From: a virus
Taxonomy: Duplodnaviria; Caudoviricetes
IMG/VR virus record: IMGVR_UViG_3300028883_000049
Location: 480 to 64,479 of that record
Length of the DNA: 64,000 nt
Direction: 5' to 3' (one strand)
A program made the position numbers and the translations under genes. Below the pieces are notes generated by a model. The model was given only the letters and a program-made list of their open reading frames with translations. It made no database searches and was not told where the DNA came from. Numbering within the stretch: the first letter of the stretch is position 1; the number at the start of each line of letters is the position of its first letter. Shown one piece after another: positions 50,578 through 60,267 of this stretch.

Positions 50578-51081
50578 TCACTCTCCGCTCATTCCGTAGG
50601 ATCTCCCGGCCACATTGGGAACCCCCGTGGTCATGATTTCCATATCGCGTTCTTTCAGTTTCTGCCGTGTTGTGTTTGCCGCACCGGCCATGGTCGCGGT
50701 TTTTTCCAGGTCGGCCAACCGGTCCATACTCGCCTGGGTTTGCGCATCAGGTGCCATCCCCAACCGCGACATGGTTGTTCTCTGGTTTTTCTTCGCCGTA
50801 TCAAAACTCTGACCAACCAGGTTTTTCGCCTCGCTCACCGACGTCTCCACGATCTCAGGATTTTCCGTGGTCAGGTTGCTCAGAAGGTCCATGGTGAAAG
50901 GCTTGAAGTTTTGCTCCCAATCGTTATAAAGAGCCAGCGTCACCTGGGCATAATTGTCACTGGCCTTGTTCAGCACCGAAAGCAACGGCAACCCCGTTGC
51001 CGGATCGCTGACAGCTTGCGGCGCTTGCTCTTCCGGCTGCGAAGAAAGCCATGAAAAACCATTCGTTCGTTCTTCAGCCAT
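50578..51081 (-). CDS. Probable virion protein
   Basis: Operon position; Ala/Gln-rich. Confidence 0.55.
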   Translation of the reverse strand: MAEERTNGFSWLSSQPEEQAPQAVSDPATGLPLLSVLNKASDNYAQVTLALYNDWEQNFKPFTMDLLSNLTTENPEIVETSVSEAKNLVGQSFDTAKKNQRTTMSRLGMAPDAQTQASMDRLADLEKTATMAGAANTTRQKLKERDMEIMTTGVPNVAGRSYGMSGE

Positions 51082-51093
51082 AACTAACCCCCT

Positions 51094-51708
51094 TTAAGGG
51101 TGATATGGGCTGGCCATACCACCGACACGCCCGACGCCAACACCCGTGTTTTTATTGTTGTATCCCCCCTTCGACCAGTCCATCCCCGCCAGAATCCCAG
51201 CCCCGGCCATCGCCGTGTCGATATTGGCAAAACGGCTCTGCTGTTTATTGAACATCCTGTTGATTTCATCGGACACCGATTCCCGCGCCACATCGCCGAT
51301 CCCCTCAACCGCTTCGGTCTTTTGGCCCATACCGATGTTCGCCACCTGGTTCATTCCGGCCAGCTGCGTGTCATCAACCCCCCGCGTTGCCGATACGGAC
51401 GCTCCGGCTCCAGCTGAACCAATATCGTCCTCCGCTTCTTCCAGTGCCATGATCGCCTTGCCGCTGTTCGGGTTTATGCCGCTGCGGGTCAACGTCTTTT
51501 CCATTCCACTGGTGGCCTGAGACAGGTCGGCATTGGTGATCCCTCGTGCAATCTCCTTGTCCGCCGTCTTATCTGCCGCTACGCCCTGCGACCAGCGCTG
51601 TATCACCGGAGCAAAGTCAGTGACATAGGTATTCCATTCCTTGACACCAACTTCAGCATCCGCTTTTTGCGCTGCGGTTTCCTTGACTTCGTTATCCGGG
51701 TTACTCAT
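51094..51708 (-). CDS. Probable virion (pilot-like) protein
   Basis: RSGINPNSG motif; Ala/Gly-rich. Confidence 0.55.
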   Translation of the reverse strand: MSNPDNEVKETAAQKADAEVGVKEWNTYVTDFAPVIQRWSQGVAADKTADKEIARGITNADLSQATSGMEKTLTRSGINPNSGKAIMALEEAEDDIGSAGAGASVSATRGVDDTQLAGMNQVANIGMGQKTEAVEGIGDVARESVSDEINRMFNKQQSRFANIDTAMAGAGILAGMDWSKGGYNNKNTGVGVGRVGGMASPYHP

Positions 51709-52099
51709 AAACAACCTCCCAGCGGTATTTGCGATCCACAACCGTCCAGCCTTTACGCTCATACCCTGTGCGCGGGGACCGAAACTCAATATCAATCGCG
51801 CCGATTTCTTTTGCGATACGAATAATCTCCGGCATGAACACCTCGAACGGGTCGCTCTGGCCGCGATAAAAAGCCGCCTCTACATAAAGACGGATCTTCA
51901 GCGAGAACAGGTCAACATGCTTGGTACAGATTAAAAATCCGTCAACCCCAGCCGCCATAAACAGCGTCCAGTCACCGGAAACGCAGCGGGAATAAACATC
52001 TTCCGGTCGCCACTCCGGCTGAAATCGCTTTTTAATATCTTCAAGGCCCGGCCTGACCTGATCCCAGACCTCGCGAATGTCAGTAATTTCCAGCTTCAA
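51701..52099 (-). CDS. GNAT-like protein of the podovirus tail module
   Basis: W..VRPGL...W.PEDVY...F.SPR.G. Confidence 0.55.
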   Translation of the reverse strand: MKLEITDIREVWDQVRPGLEDIKKRFQPEWRPEDVYSRCVSGDWTLFMAAGVDGFLICTKHVDLFSLKIRLYVEAAFYRGQSDPFEVFMPEIIRIAKEIGAIDIEFRSPRTGYERKGWTVVDRKYRWEVVYE

Positions 52100-52161
52100 T
52101 CTCGACTCCGTTCACTATGTTATTGAACAGCGTTAGCACAACATAAGTACGAAGAACAGCA

Positions 52162-52479
52162 TTAATCGTCCCGCACTTTTCTCGCCAGCATCGGAACGGC
52201 CTTGGCCAGCAATTTCAGTACCCGGCTGTTAAACGCCGTATCCTTGGCCAATATTTTCAACGCGTCCCTGGCCGCTACCGGAAGGGCTGCATAGTTCGTA
52301 TCGATATACGCCTCGATCTGCACGTCAGTAAGTCCGGACAGAGCGGAAAGATTGCTTGCAAAAAAAGCATCAATCTCCTCCGGGGTTTTTTCGATAAGAG
52401 AAAGAAAGAGGCTGTCGGTCTTCACACCAACTTCCGTCTGCTCCTCTACTGTGCCCCTGTAATCAACATCAAACGGCAT
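52162..52479 (-). CDS. Hypothetical protein
   Basis: Coupled ORF. Confidence 0.45.
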   Translation of the reverse strand: MPFDVDYRGTVEEQTEVGVKTDSLFLSLIEKTPEEIDAFFASNLSALSGLTDVQIEAYIDTNYAALPVAARDALKILAKDTAFNSRVLKLLAKAVPMLARKVRDD

Positions 52480-52855
52480 TGACTGTCTCCGTAAAATCAC
52501 GATAGGGTCGGTTTCTGAACATCAGATTGAATGCTTTCGGAATGGTCGATTTTATCGTCCCGACACCATCATTGACCGTATCGTAAAACTCCCCGTTGAT
52601 ATAAACATCCGTTCCGACAGGTATTCCTGAAATATTCGCCGTGTCGCTTCCATCTGCTGCGATTTGCGTTTTATCAATTACGATAGGCATTGACTGGCGA
52701 ATGGTAATCCCGTCCCCATCCCACCTGTAGTTTTGAACTAGGTCAGAGTCGATTGGTGATCCATCAGGCACAACAATACCGCCGGGATCATGATTCCCAA
52801 AGATTGTTTCCGCCCGAACAATAATATTGGCTTCACCTAAAAATATCTGCCTCAT
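52469..52855 (-). CDS. Hypothetical tail-associated protein
   Basis: IDKTQIAADG.D.A.I Ig-like segment; GAGG RBS. Confidence 0.5.
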   Translation of the reverse strand: MRQIFLGEANIIVRAETIFGNHDPGGIVVPDGSPIDSDLVQNYRWDGDGITIRQSMPIVIDKTQIAADGSDTANISGIPVGTDVYINGEFYDTVNDGVGTIKSTIPKAFNLMFRNRPYRDFTETVNAV

Positions 52856-52864
52856 TGTATCCTC

Positions 52865-54487
52865 TTATATATACGCATAGCGAATAGTTTGACTTGGCGG
52901 CGTTGGATCTCCAGGTGTAGGCGTGAAAGTAACCCTGAACGAAGTTGTTGTATGTAAACTTATCCTGGTAGTGCCATAAGCCTCACCACCCCAGGCATTG
53001 GCAATAGCATATCGTCCAAGGTTGTGAGTTACGTCTATATATCCGCCAGTTGTAGAAAATGATCCGCTTGCCGCAGCGCTGAGTTGCTTCCCATTCAGAT
53101 AAGCTTCACTTTCAATATTTAAATTATGGACAACACCAGTGCCGATGTTGGCGTTCGCCGCCACAAAATTATTGACAACGGCATTTTGAATCCACGCCCA
53201 TGTCGCCACCAAGCTTGAGATAAATGTCCCCTGGTTCGCGCTGGTAATCGGATTTCCAGACCAGACCGGAGAACTCGTTAACCAAGAAGGCGACTGCGAA
53301 TTGTCAGATGTTTTATCCGCATCAGACGGAGGTTTTGTGCCAGTCAGTGCGGAGTAGGCCAGTGAATCAAGTGCTGCCAGATCTCCCGCACCGGACACCC
53401 GCGACAGGTCAATATTCCCGCCGCTTTGCAGCAACACTGTCCCGTCCGAATCGCGGATCACCGCATTGGTCCCGTCAAATTCGAAGATCGGGGCTGCAAC
53501 TCCGGTGCGGTAACACTTGACCACACCCGGCCCGATATGCGTCCGGTTGCCGAACGTATCTTCAAAGTCTGCGGTTTTGCTGGTCATATCGATATCGACC
53601 AGTCCGTCCGACGAACGCAGCGCCCAGCCGATAATAGCAACAGCCGACTGCAGATATGCCGTAGCCAAAGAATCAGCGACAATTGTTTTCGCGGCAAAGT
53701 TCTCAGACGTCAGTTTCTGGATCAGCGCTTCCTTGATCGCCGCCACCCAATTGCCATCCACCAATGCAATCTTAAAAATCTTTTCCAGGGTGACATCCGT
53801 AGCCACCAACTCCCAAGTCACGCCACCGTCAACGACCGTATTGCCGATCACTGTTGGCCAGGTCGGTTCTGTCGAACCGGATGTTCCCGCCACCGTGCAT
53901 TTTAACGCCTTGCCGTCCACAATGGTCGGCGTGACCACGTTATCAACCACGTAAGCCGTCGTCGCCTGCCACTTGTCCGCAACCAGGTTATCGAGCACAT
54001 AACCCGGCTCATCAGCCGTCCTGGCCAACGTCCCGTCAAGGTCGTTCAACGGCCCGGTCCCCAGAGCATTAACGAACCGTGCCCAGTAATAATAATCCAC
54101 CGATAACCGCGCATCAGGCGGACTGTCCGGGTAAGACACCCCGCCCGTTCGCCCGATCACCGTGGCCGTATCGTAATCATCAACCGTATTGCGCAGAAAC
54201 TCCGTATAAACCACACCCCAGCTGCTCGGCGGAGCATCAACCGACAATAGGATCTGATTAAACGCCCCCAAAGCCGTCAGGTTTTCCGGTTGTCCAGGCA
54301 AGCTGGTCGGATCACCGCCTGCAGCCGCCGCAGCGGCGGCCAGAGTCTGGGTTATGTCGTCCGCCGTCGCTGCCCCGCCCGCGCCTCTCACGTCGCGCAA
54401 AAACGTCTCCACCACGGAAAATGCCCGGCGCACCTCAACCGGTACCTTGCTTGACAGCGCCGAAAGGCTTTTGGGTCTAACGCTCAC
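52865..54487 (-). CDS. Tail fibre / host-specificity protein
   Basis: Fn3-like YYYWARFVN..G.GP, WQATTAY...AGTSG..EPTWP module, C-terminal VTHNLG. Confidence 0.7.
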   Translation of the reverse strand: MSVRPKSLSALSSKVPVEVRRAFSVVETFLRDVRGAGGAATADDITQTLAAAAAAAGGDPTSLPGQPENLTALGAFNQILLSVDAPPSSWGVVYTEFLRNTVDDYDTATVIGRTGGVSYPDSPPDARLSVDYYYWARFVNALGTGPLNDLDGTLARTADEPGYVLDNLVADKWQATTAYVVDNVVTPTIVDGKALKCTVAGTSGSTEPTWPTVIGNTVVDGGVTWELVATDVTLEKIFKIALVDGNWVAAIKEALIQKLTSENFAAKTIVADSLATAYLQSAVAIIGWALRSSDGLVDIDMTSKTADFEDTFGNRTHIGPGVVKCYRTGVAAPIFEFDGTNAVIRDSDGTVLLQSGGNIDLSRVSGAGDLAALDSLAYSALTGTKPPSDADKTSDNSQSPSWLTSSPVWSGNPITSANQGTFISSLVATWAWIQNAVVNNFVAANANIGTGVVHNLNIESEAYLNGKQLSAAASGSFSTTGGYIDVTHNLGRYAIANAWGGEAYGTTRISLHTTTSFRVTFTPTPGDPTPPSQTIRYAYI

Positions 54488-56108
54488 TCACCAACTCCTT
54501 TTCGCTGGTCGCAATGGCGATCAGCGACCAGGGAACAGACCCGGCCACCTGGTATTCGCAATCCTTCGACTTGAATCCGCCCGGCAGCTTGAACGGGTCG
54601 GATGAACTGACCGTCCGTTCCTTTTTCAAATTGCCCCCGCTCCAGAAGCTGAATGTCAGCGGGTAGCTTTCGGCCAGCACCCGACCGCAGGTGAACCCGG
54701 TCACATCCGGCAGGAAAAATTTTTTGCCCTTCCATTGCTGCGCCAACGCAGATCCCGCATCCCACAACTCGATCCCGGTTGTTGTAATGACATACAGATC
54801 GCCCGTCGCCTGGTTGGTAAACCCGCCCGTCGCTGCAACCTGGTGATAGGTTAAATCGCCCGTCGCCGGATCGAAAATAAAACCTTCAGTGCCGGTCACG
54901 GTATTATCCCAGAACGCCACATAACGACCGTTCCAGTTGTAGGCATGAATCGTCTCCGGTTCCATAGTCTTCCAGTCCTCCGGGTCGATCAGGTCCTTGG
55001 TCAGCAGCTTCATTTCTGTCATACCGGCCATCCGCAGGCCGTCCACCGCCGGGTAAATCAACGAGTAACCCATGTCCACCATGCCCCGCGCCGCCACGCA
55101 GGCATAGCCCTCTTCCGCTTTTTCCGGGTTGCTCATCGCCTCCGGCGTCGGAACCGACACCAGGTAGGCCGGTCCATCAGTCGCAATCAACACATAGTTC
55201 CCATAGGCCCCATGGGCCAACGGTGTATGAGTGATCGCCACCCGGTAGCCCACCGGCCACGCATGGGGCTGGTACGGCTCAGACAGGCACAGCGTGTTCC
55301 CGCTCAGTCCGGCGAAGCTGCCATTCGGCAGCTCAATCATACTGTGAAGATCGTCCGGCGGCATGTCATATGTCGCTGTCGCCAGCACACTCCCCAAGCT
55401 GGCCGTGGCACAATCATCATCGATTGACGATGCTGTGAGCGGGATTAACCCGCTGGAATAAGCCGACGGGTAAACCAGTTGATAATCCGTATCCTCGCTT
55501 CCTGTGCTGGTCCGGTACAGACGCAAATGGGTGATATTGTAATTTCCCGAAGGCACCGCCGGGATATTACTGACCGTAACACTCTGCCCTGGTGCCACAT
55601 CCACGGAAAGCGAAACCGGCCCGTTCGGCCCTTCTTCTCCATAAGCGGAGACATAGGTAAACAGGTAATAACGCGTCTCCACCTTGGTCGGATCATCGTC
55701 CGTAATCGTCCCCGTTACAACCAGCGTCGGTTCCACGGTCGGAGTCGGGACGCCAAGATCCCAACTCGAACCCGGCCAGTCGATTCCCGCATTGGCCATC
55801 GCTGCTGTAGCATATTGCGGTGCGAACTCGTCCCCACCGGCAAAATAAATCCGCCCGTGCTGATCGTTCACCACCGGGCTGCGGCACACACTTACCGGTG
55901 TGATCCAGTTCAGCCAGGTACCCTGATTCAGAAAAATTGACACCGCACCCGCTTTACTCGGAGCCTCAACAAACGTCGGCGCTTTCAGCGGACGCATCCG
56001 GCCTGGCACAGGGACGCAATTGATCGCAATCTGTGCCATGTTGTCGGCCAGCACCGTCGCATCGATGGACGGTGCCAGCCCCTTCGGGTTCAGTGTCTGC
56101 AGTCTCAT
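54477..56108 (-). CDS. Tail nozzle / stabilisation protein
   Basis: R.Y..TYV...GEE, FN-like insert, SEPY.PHAWP, WKGKKF. Confidence 0.7.
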   Translation of the reverse strand: MRLQTLNPKGLAPSIDATVLADNMAQIAINCVPVPGRMRPLKAPTFVEAPSKAGAVSIFLNQGTWLNWITPVSVCRSPVVNDQHGRIYFAGGDEFAPQYATAAMANAGIDWPGSSWDLGVPTPTVEPTLVVTGTITDDDPTKVETRYYLFTYVSAYGEEGPNGPVSLSVDVAPGQSVTVSNIPAVPSGNYNITHLRLYRTSTGSEDTDYQLVYPSAYSSGLIPLTASSIDDDCATASLGSVLATATYDMPPDDLHSMIELPNGSFAGLSGNTLCLSEPYQPHAWPVGYRVAITHTPLAHGAYGNYVLIATDGPAYLVSVPTPEAMSNPEKAEEGYACVAARGMVDMGYSLIYPAVDGLRMAGMTEMKLLTKDLIDPEDWKTMEPETIHAYNWNGRYVAFWDNTVTGTEGFIFDPATGDLTYHQVAATGGFTNQATGDLYVITTTGIELWDAGSALAQQWKGKKFFLPDVTGFTCGRVLAESYPLTFSFWSGGNLKKERTVSSSDPFKLPGGFKSKDCEYQVAGSVPWSLIAIATSEKELVSER

Positions 56109-56875
56109 TGCGGCGGCCTTTCACGTTCGGCGTTACGCCTCAACAGCGACATATAATTCTTATCGTTCGCCATCTCCACCCCGATAGCATTACCAAACGC
56201 CTGCAGCCGTCCCGCCGCCCGCGTCTCGTTCACCGCGCTGGTGCCGTCCTTCAATAGCGCCCGGAACGTCACCCACTCGACAATCGCCTCTTCCAGCTCA
56301 TCCGCCAGATCTGCGTCAAGGTCGGCGGTTGAATCGTCAGCACTTAAACTGGTCGCCGCCTTCGTCAGCGTATGAACCGGCTGGCGCGAACACAGCAGTT
56401 CGACATAATGCGCCGTCGCCGGAGCCTTATGACACACCTGGAACGCCTTCGGTTCGCGCTCGTCGATCACCGCCCAGCGGATGAATTTTTCCGCGCTCAG
56501 CGTGTGCCAGTCCGGCAGCAGGATATCCAGCTTCGCCGGATCGATCTTAATAATCGCCCTACCTGGAGTCGCCCCGTCGGCACCCATGTTGCGCGAAACA
56601 TCCAACAGCTGCAGCGGGGTAAAGTTGCTCAGGTCTTCACCGGCAAGATCCTTGAATGCCGCACCGCTCATGTTCTGTCGCGTGCTTCCTGCGGTCAGCA
56701 GCATCGACACCCGCCTGGTCAACTCCGTCGGCTTCAGCTGCACGATCTTAAGACATGCCTCAATAATATAACGGGCGATCTCGTTGATCGTGGTCCGCTC
56801 GAACTCGTTACCCGCCTCAATATCGTTCATCAGCATGCCGACTTTGCGGCCAATCGAATAACTGGACAGCGCCAT
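56105..56875 (-). CDS. Tail adaptor protein (DUF6682-like)
   Basis: LLDVSRNM...LD...PDWH...D...P..F...RAL.KD. Confidence 0.7.
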   Translation of the reverse strand: MALSSYSIGRKVGMLMNDIEAGNEFERTTINEIARYIIEACLKIVQLKPTELTRRVSMLLTAGSTRQNMSGAAFKDLAGEDLSNFTPLQLLDVSRNMGADGATPGRAIIKIDPAKLDILLPDWHTLSAEKFIRWAVIDEREPKAFQVCHKAPATAHYVELLCSRQPVHTLTKAATSLSADDSTADLDADLADELEEAIVEWVTFRALLKDGTSAVNETRAAGRLQAFGNAIGVEMANDKNYMSLLRRNAERERPPQ

Positions 56876-56876
56876 G

Positions 56877-57488
56877 TCAATAATCCTCCATCGCTTCCTG
56901 GTTGATCGAATCCGCCATCAGCTGCTCCTCGTTCAGTTGCTGCGAAGTCAACACCCCGTCCACCTGCGACTGAATCACCGTGGCAAACCCGGCTTCGCGT
57001 ACCGCCGCGACACCAAGCTGCAACACCGAAGAGCAGGCGTCGACAAACACTGAATCGAACATCCCGTAAAACGGCAGGTCTTCGTCAAGGTCCGTGGGCG
57101 CATCGGGCCGCTCGTAAACCGGGACCGTGATCACCGTGTCTTCTGCCGGAGCAGGAAAAACCTTCAGTTGCTTCCCCATTGTCCGGTAATACTGTGGAGT
57201 ATCGTCATCCAGCACCGGATCTTCCTTGCCCTTCAGCAGCTTCAGCTTCGTCCCGTCCGCCAACGCTGGACGTCCGGCGATATCGATACACTCGTCCGGC
57301 AGAAACTTGCGCCCCTGGCTGGCCTTGAACGTCAGCTCCAGTGGATCTTCAGCAACCAGGTGTTCCGAGCGCTTGAAATACAAATGACTGACAATCACAT
57401 CCTGGACCGCCGTGACCGCCTCGAATATGGTACAGGTCGGCTCCTTGACTTTCAGGACCACCCGGTTGAACACATCGTTAATCGTCAT
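56877..57488 (-). CDS. Probable head-tail adaptor protein
   Basis: PQYY...VFPAP; position. Confidence 0.55.
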   Translation of the reverse strand: MTINDVFNRVVLKVKEPTCTIFEAVTAVQDVIVSHLYFKRSEHLVAEDPLELTFKASQGRKFLPDECIDIAGRPALADGTKLKLLKGKEDPVLDDDTPQYYRTMGKQLKVFPAPAEDTVITVPVYERPDAPTDLDEDLPFYGMFDSVFVDACSSVLQLGVAAVREAGFATVIQSQVDGVLTSQQLNEEQLMADSINQEAMEDY

Positions 57489-57768
57489 CAGCTACTCCGA
57501 TAATCTTAAGATCGTCATCGATCTTTAGCAGCGATTCGCATTCAGGACAGATTGATATACAATCACCCTCAGGCGTTTCGACCATGGTCAAATGCTCATG
57601 GCAAAAATATCCCTCGCACGAATAGTCCTGCTCCCCGTGCATCCCTCCGCAAGCGTGAGCAAGCCCCCGGTCGATTTCCCGATTGCAGCCCGGATGGTCG
57701 CACGTCCCGTCAAAGCTGTAGCCTATCGGCCTGCCTTGACTATCTGTTCCGCAGTTTCCCCATCCCAC
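57478..57768 (-). CDS. Cys-rich phage protein
   Basis: RPIGY...CDHPGC...IDRGL...CGG.H...C..YFC..H. Confidence 0.65.
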   Translation of the reverse strand: MGWGNCGTDSQGRPIGYSFDGTCDHPGCNREIDRGLAHACGGMHGEQDYSCEGYFCHEHLTMVETPEGDCISICPECESLLKIDDDLKIIGVADDD

Positions 57769-58467
57769 TTATCGGGCCGCAAGGTTTGCATTTGAAATCA
57801 GAGCCATGTCGTACCAGGCACCAAACTTCTTATATTCCGGCGTTTGCTCAAACTCACGGCGGCCTTCTTCCAGAAGCTTTCGCAATTTTGCCTTATACTC
57901 GTTGACCAGAAGTTTTTCATCGGTCTCAGCTTCCGCCCTGGCAATTGCGCGGTCGATATCTCTATCCAAGGCTTTCATATAGCTATAGAGCAGCGTTGAG
58001 GCTGGCCTTTCTACGATACCAACAACCCCAAGCCGCGCAGCCGACGCCTTTTTCACAGCTCGAATCACCGCCTTGATGATCACCAGCTTACGGCCAGGAT
58101 CAACCACACCCTTGACCTCCAACTCATTCACAGTTTTAGCCTTGATCACGTTGTAAAGCTCAACAGCAGACAGTTTTTCGTTCGCCGTCAACTCAAGTTT
58201 ATCGATTTTCTCTTGAACCGTCCCGTCAAGGTCAGCCAACAAAACAGATTCGTTATCCATCTGGCCCAACAGCGCCGTCGATACAGCATAAGCCGGAGCA
58301 ATCGCCTGCGGCATAGCTGTCAACGCCCCACCGACCGCTAGGTTGATAATGCTCTGCTCTACGGCATCCACCTGCCCGTCAATGGTGATCAACCCACCTT
58401 TTCCGGCGCAGCCTGAAAACATCAAAACAAATCCAATCAGCACAACAAACATCAACAGTTTTTTCAT
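57769..58467 (-). CDS. Lipoprotein
   Basis: Signal peptide with lipobox FSGC. Confidence 0.65.
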   Translation of the reverse strand: MKKLLMFVVLIGFVLMFSGCAGKGGLITIDGQVDAVEQSIINLAVGGALTAMPQAIAPAYAVSTALLGQMDNESVLLADLDGTVQEKIDKLELTANEKLSAVELYNVIKAKTVNELEVKGVVDPGRKLVIIKAVIRAVKKASAARLGVVGIVERPASTLLYSYMKALDRDIDRAIARAEAETDEKLLVNEYKAKLRKLLEEGRREFEQTPEYKKFGAWYDMALISNANLAAR

Positions 58468-58487
58468 GGTCTTCTCCTTTATCGGCG

Positions 58488-58811
58488 TTAAATATCCACC
58501 TCAAGTAACTCAATAGTTTGACCTGCGAACTCGTGATTGCAATCAGGCAAAAACTGAACTTTTCCATCGTTCACAAAAGAATGACACCTGAAATTATGGC
58601 CTTTAGTTAATATGCTCGGTTTCAATGTCGGCTTTTCCGTGTCCCCATTCCAAGACCAGCATGGTGTTCCTCTGCGCGTCGCACTTCCATGAACAACCGG
58701 CAGCCTGATACATCCAGACGGTCCAGGAACACGCAACCACACGTGCGTTGCGCAACCCGGCTCACAAAACACTTCCCCGGTTTCCGTCGCTTTTGTCGGT
58801 TGCGCTTTCAC
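58488..58811 (-). CDS. DUF6527-like phage protein
   Basis: WSWNGD.EKPTL.PSIL...CHSFV.DG..QFL.DC.H..AGQT. Confidence 0.7.
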   Translation of the reverse strand: MKAQPTKATETGEVFCEPGCATHVWLRVPGPSGCIRLPVVHGSATRRGTPCWSWNGDTEKPTLKPSILTKGHNFRCHSFVNDGKVQFLPDCNHEFAGQTIELLEVDI

Positions 58812-59314
58812 GCTGCGACCCCCTGCTTAACCAGCACTTTCTCCATCCGCTTATGATCATCCCTCATCCATGGCCACCAGCCGCCAACACGCACACCGGA
58901 CCACACCAGGGTCGCCCGCCAGCGTTCAATATCAAAGTGAACACACATAGCAAACAAAAGAGCGTCCCCGAAAGCCCTGGTGATACTCTCATCGTAGTTT
59001 TCCCACTCCAGCGTACTGTCATTCAACACCTGGAACTCGCCGACCGGCATCACCCCTTTATACTTGTAAATCAGGTCATGAGGCAGGGCTGGAGTGTCCA
59101 TCACCCCGTGCGGAGCCAACCCCAGCAGAGTCCAGGTTAAGCGTGGGATACTGGCTCCGTCGATGATCGTACCCTCTACCAACAACAGGCGATAGGTTTT
59201 ATCTTTATGAATAAAAACCAGCCAGTCGGTCTCGTCCAGGCAAACCAACCTCCGCCCGACAGAATGAAATGATAGCGCCACTTCCGGCTCAAGTATCGTG
59301 ATTTCAGCTCTCAT
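58808..59314 (-). CDS. DUF1353-family protein
   Basis: DGASIPR..W...A..HD..Y...D.L...VRVGG. Confidence 0.8.
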   Translation of the reverse strand: MRAEITILEPEVALSFHSVGRRLVCLDETDWLVFIHKDKTYRLLLVEGTIIDGASIPRLTWTLLGLAPHGVMDTPALPHDLIYKYKGVMPVGEFQVLNDSTLEWENYDESITRAFGDALLFAMCVHFDIERWRATLVWSGVRVGGWWPWMRDDHKRMEKVLVKQGVAA

Positions 59315-59478
59315 TGTTTCGGCTCCGGCAAACCGAAAACCCGGCGATAAATCGCCCTGACCCGGTTCCATGCCGCCTTCGTTTTGTCCGACCCGAACTT
59401 GTTGACACCCAGCGTAATCGCCGGAGCCGCAGCCGGTATAAGCACCAGAAACAGCCATTGCCAATCAAAATTATTCAT
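59311..59478 (-). CDS. Small membrane protein, possible holin (55 aa; not in ORF track)
   Basis: AGGAG RBS; MNNFDWQWLFLVLIPAAAPAITLG...; ATGA overlap with DUF1353. Confidence 0.45.
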   Translation of the reverse strand: MNNFDWQWLFLVLIPAAAPAITLGVNKFGSDKTKAAWNRVRAIYRRVFGLPEPKQ

Positions 59479-59580
59479 TACCTATCTCCTTCCACTTCCT
59501 CACCGGCTCCAAAGTCGCCCTTGACATTCACCCACCTTGCGTTATTCATTAAACAAACACACTCACGAATGGAGGGGCTT

Positions 59581-60267
59581 ATGCGCACGATTATTTCCCT
59601 GTTTCTGTTGCTGTCCGTTGCATCCGTATCCCATGCCGCTGTGATCGATGGCGTCCCGTCATGGCAAACAAACGGCGGGGCCGGAGCCGGAGCGCTGCAA
59701 ATCCTCGGCTGGTACGATCTTCACGGCTACGACAACCTGTTTGCCGCCGAAGGTGAAAATATCTACACCCAGGGCGCTCTGCTCGCTGAACTCCAGGATT
59801 TCGACAGCTTCCTCAACATCAATCAATGGGGCGGCGTCGATGGCCGGGACATTCCCCCGGCTGTCGAGGACTTTGCAGCGTTCAAGGGCTACAACTTTGC
59901 CGCCGAATACATCACCTTTTTCTTCTTTTCCTTTGAAGATTTCATGGCCGAAATTGACGCTGGACGCCCGGTCAGCATTACCACGGACAACACCGAAACA
60001 GGATTTATCCCGATTGAAGTGGCAGGTGTCGGCTATGACATGATCGACGGAGTTCCTCATTATGGGTTTATTTCCTCTCTCACTGGGCTGACCGATATCA
60101 TCTGGAAACCATGGATCGAAGGATCGACCGAGTACGCTTGGGGAGTCACGGACGTCATGACCATCGCTCCACAAGCCGCCCCGGTCCCTGAACCATCGAC
60201 CGTACTTCTGTTCAGTGTTGGAATCATTGGATTGTCCCTCCGATGGAGACTGCGCCAACCTTCTTAA
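59581..60267 (+). CDS. PEP-CTERM protein, second copy
   Basis: Protein identical to 3856-4542. Confidence 0.88.
   Translation: MRTIISLFLLLSVASVSHAAVIDGVPSWQTNGGAGAGALQILGWYDLHGYDNLFAAEGENIYTQGALLAELQDFDSFLNINQWGGVDGRDIPPAVEDFAAFKGYNFAAEYITFFFFSFEDFMAEIDAGRPVSITTDNTETGFIPIEVAGVGYDMIDGVPHYGFISSLTGLTDIIWKPWIEGSTEYAWGVTDVMTIAPQAAPVPEPSTVLLFSVGIIGLSLRWRLRQPS

Larger units (their letters stand above)
3834..59558. mobile_element. Phage B: complete, circularly permuted 55,725 bp temperate podovirus-like genome
   Basis: One copy of each module, internal attP, bounded by the direct repeat; no tape measure or sheath recognised. Confidence 0.8.

Noticed and set aside
36984-57500. Many plus-strand ORFs of 60-260 aa
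   Set aside because: Antisense shadows of long GC-rich minus-strand genes, with no recognisable motifs
59314-59580. N-terminal extension making a 317-aa PEP-CTERM protein
   Set aside because: It overlaps a better minus-strand ORF; the RBS and signal peptide point to a start at 59581, as in copy 1
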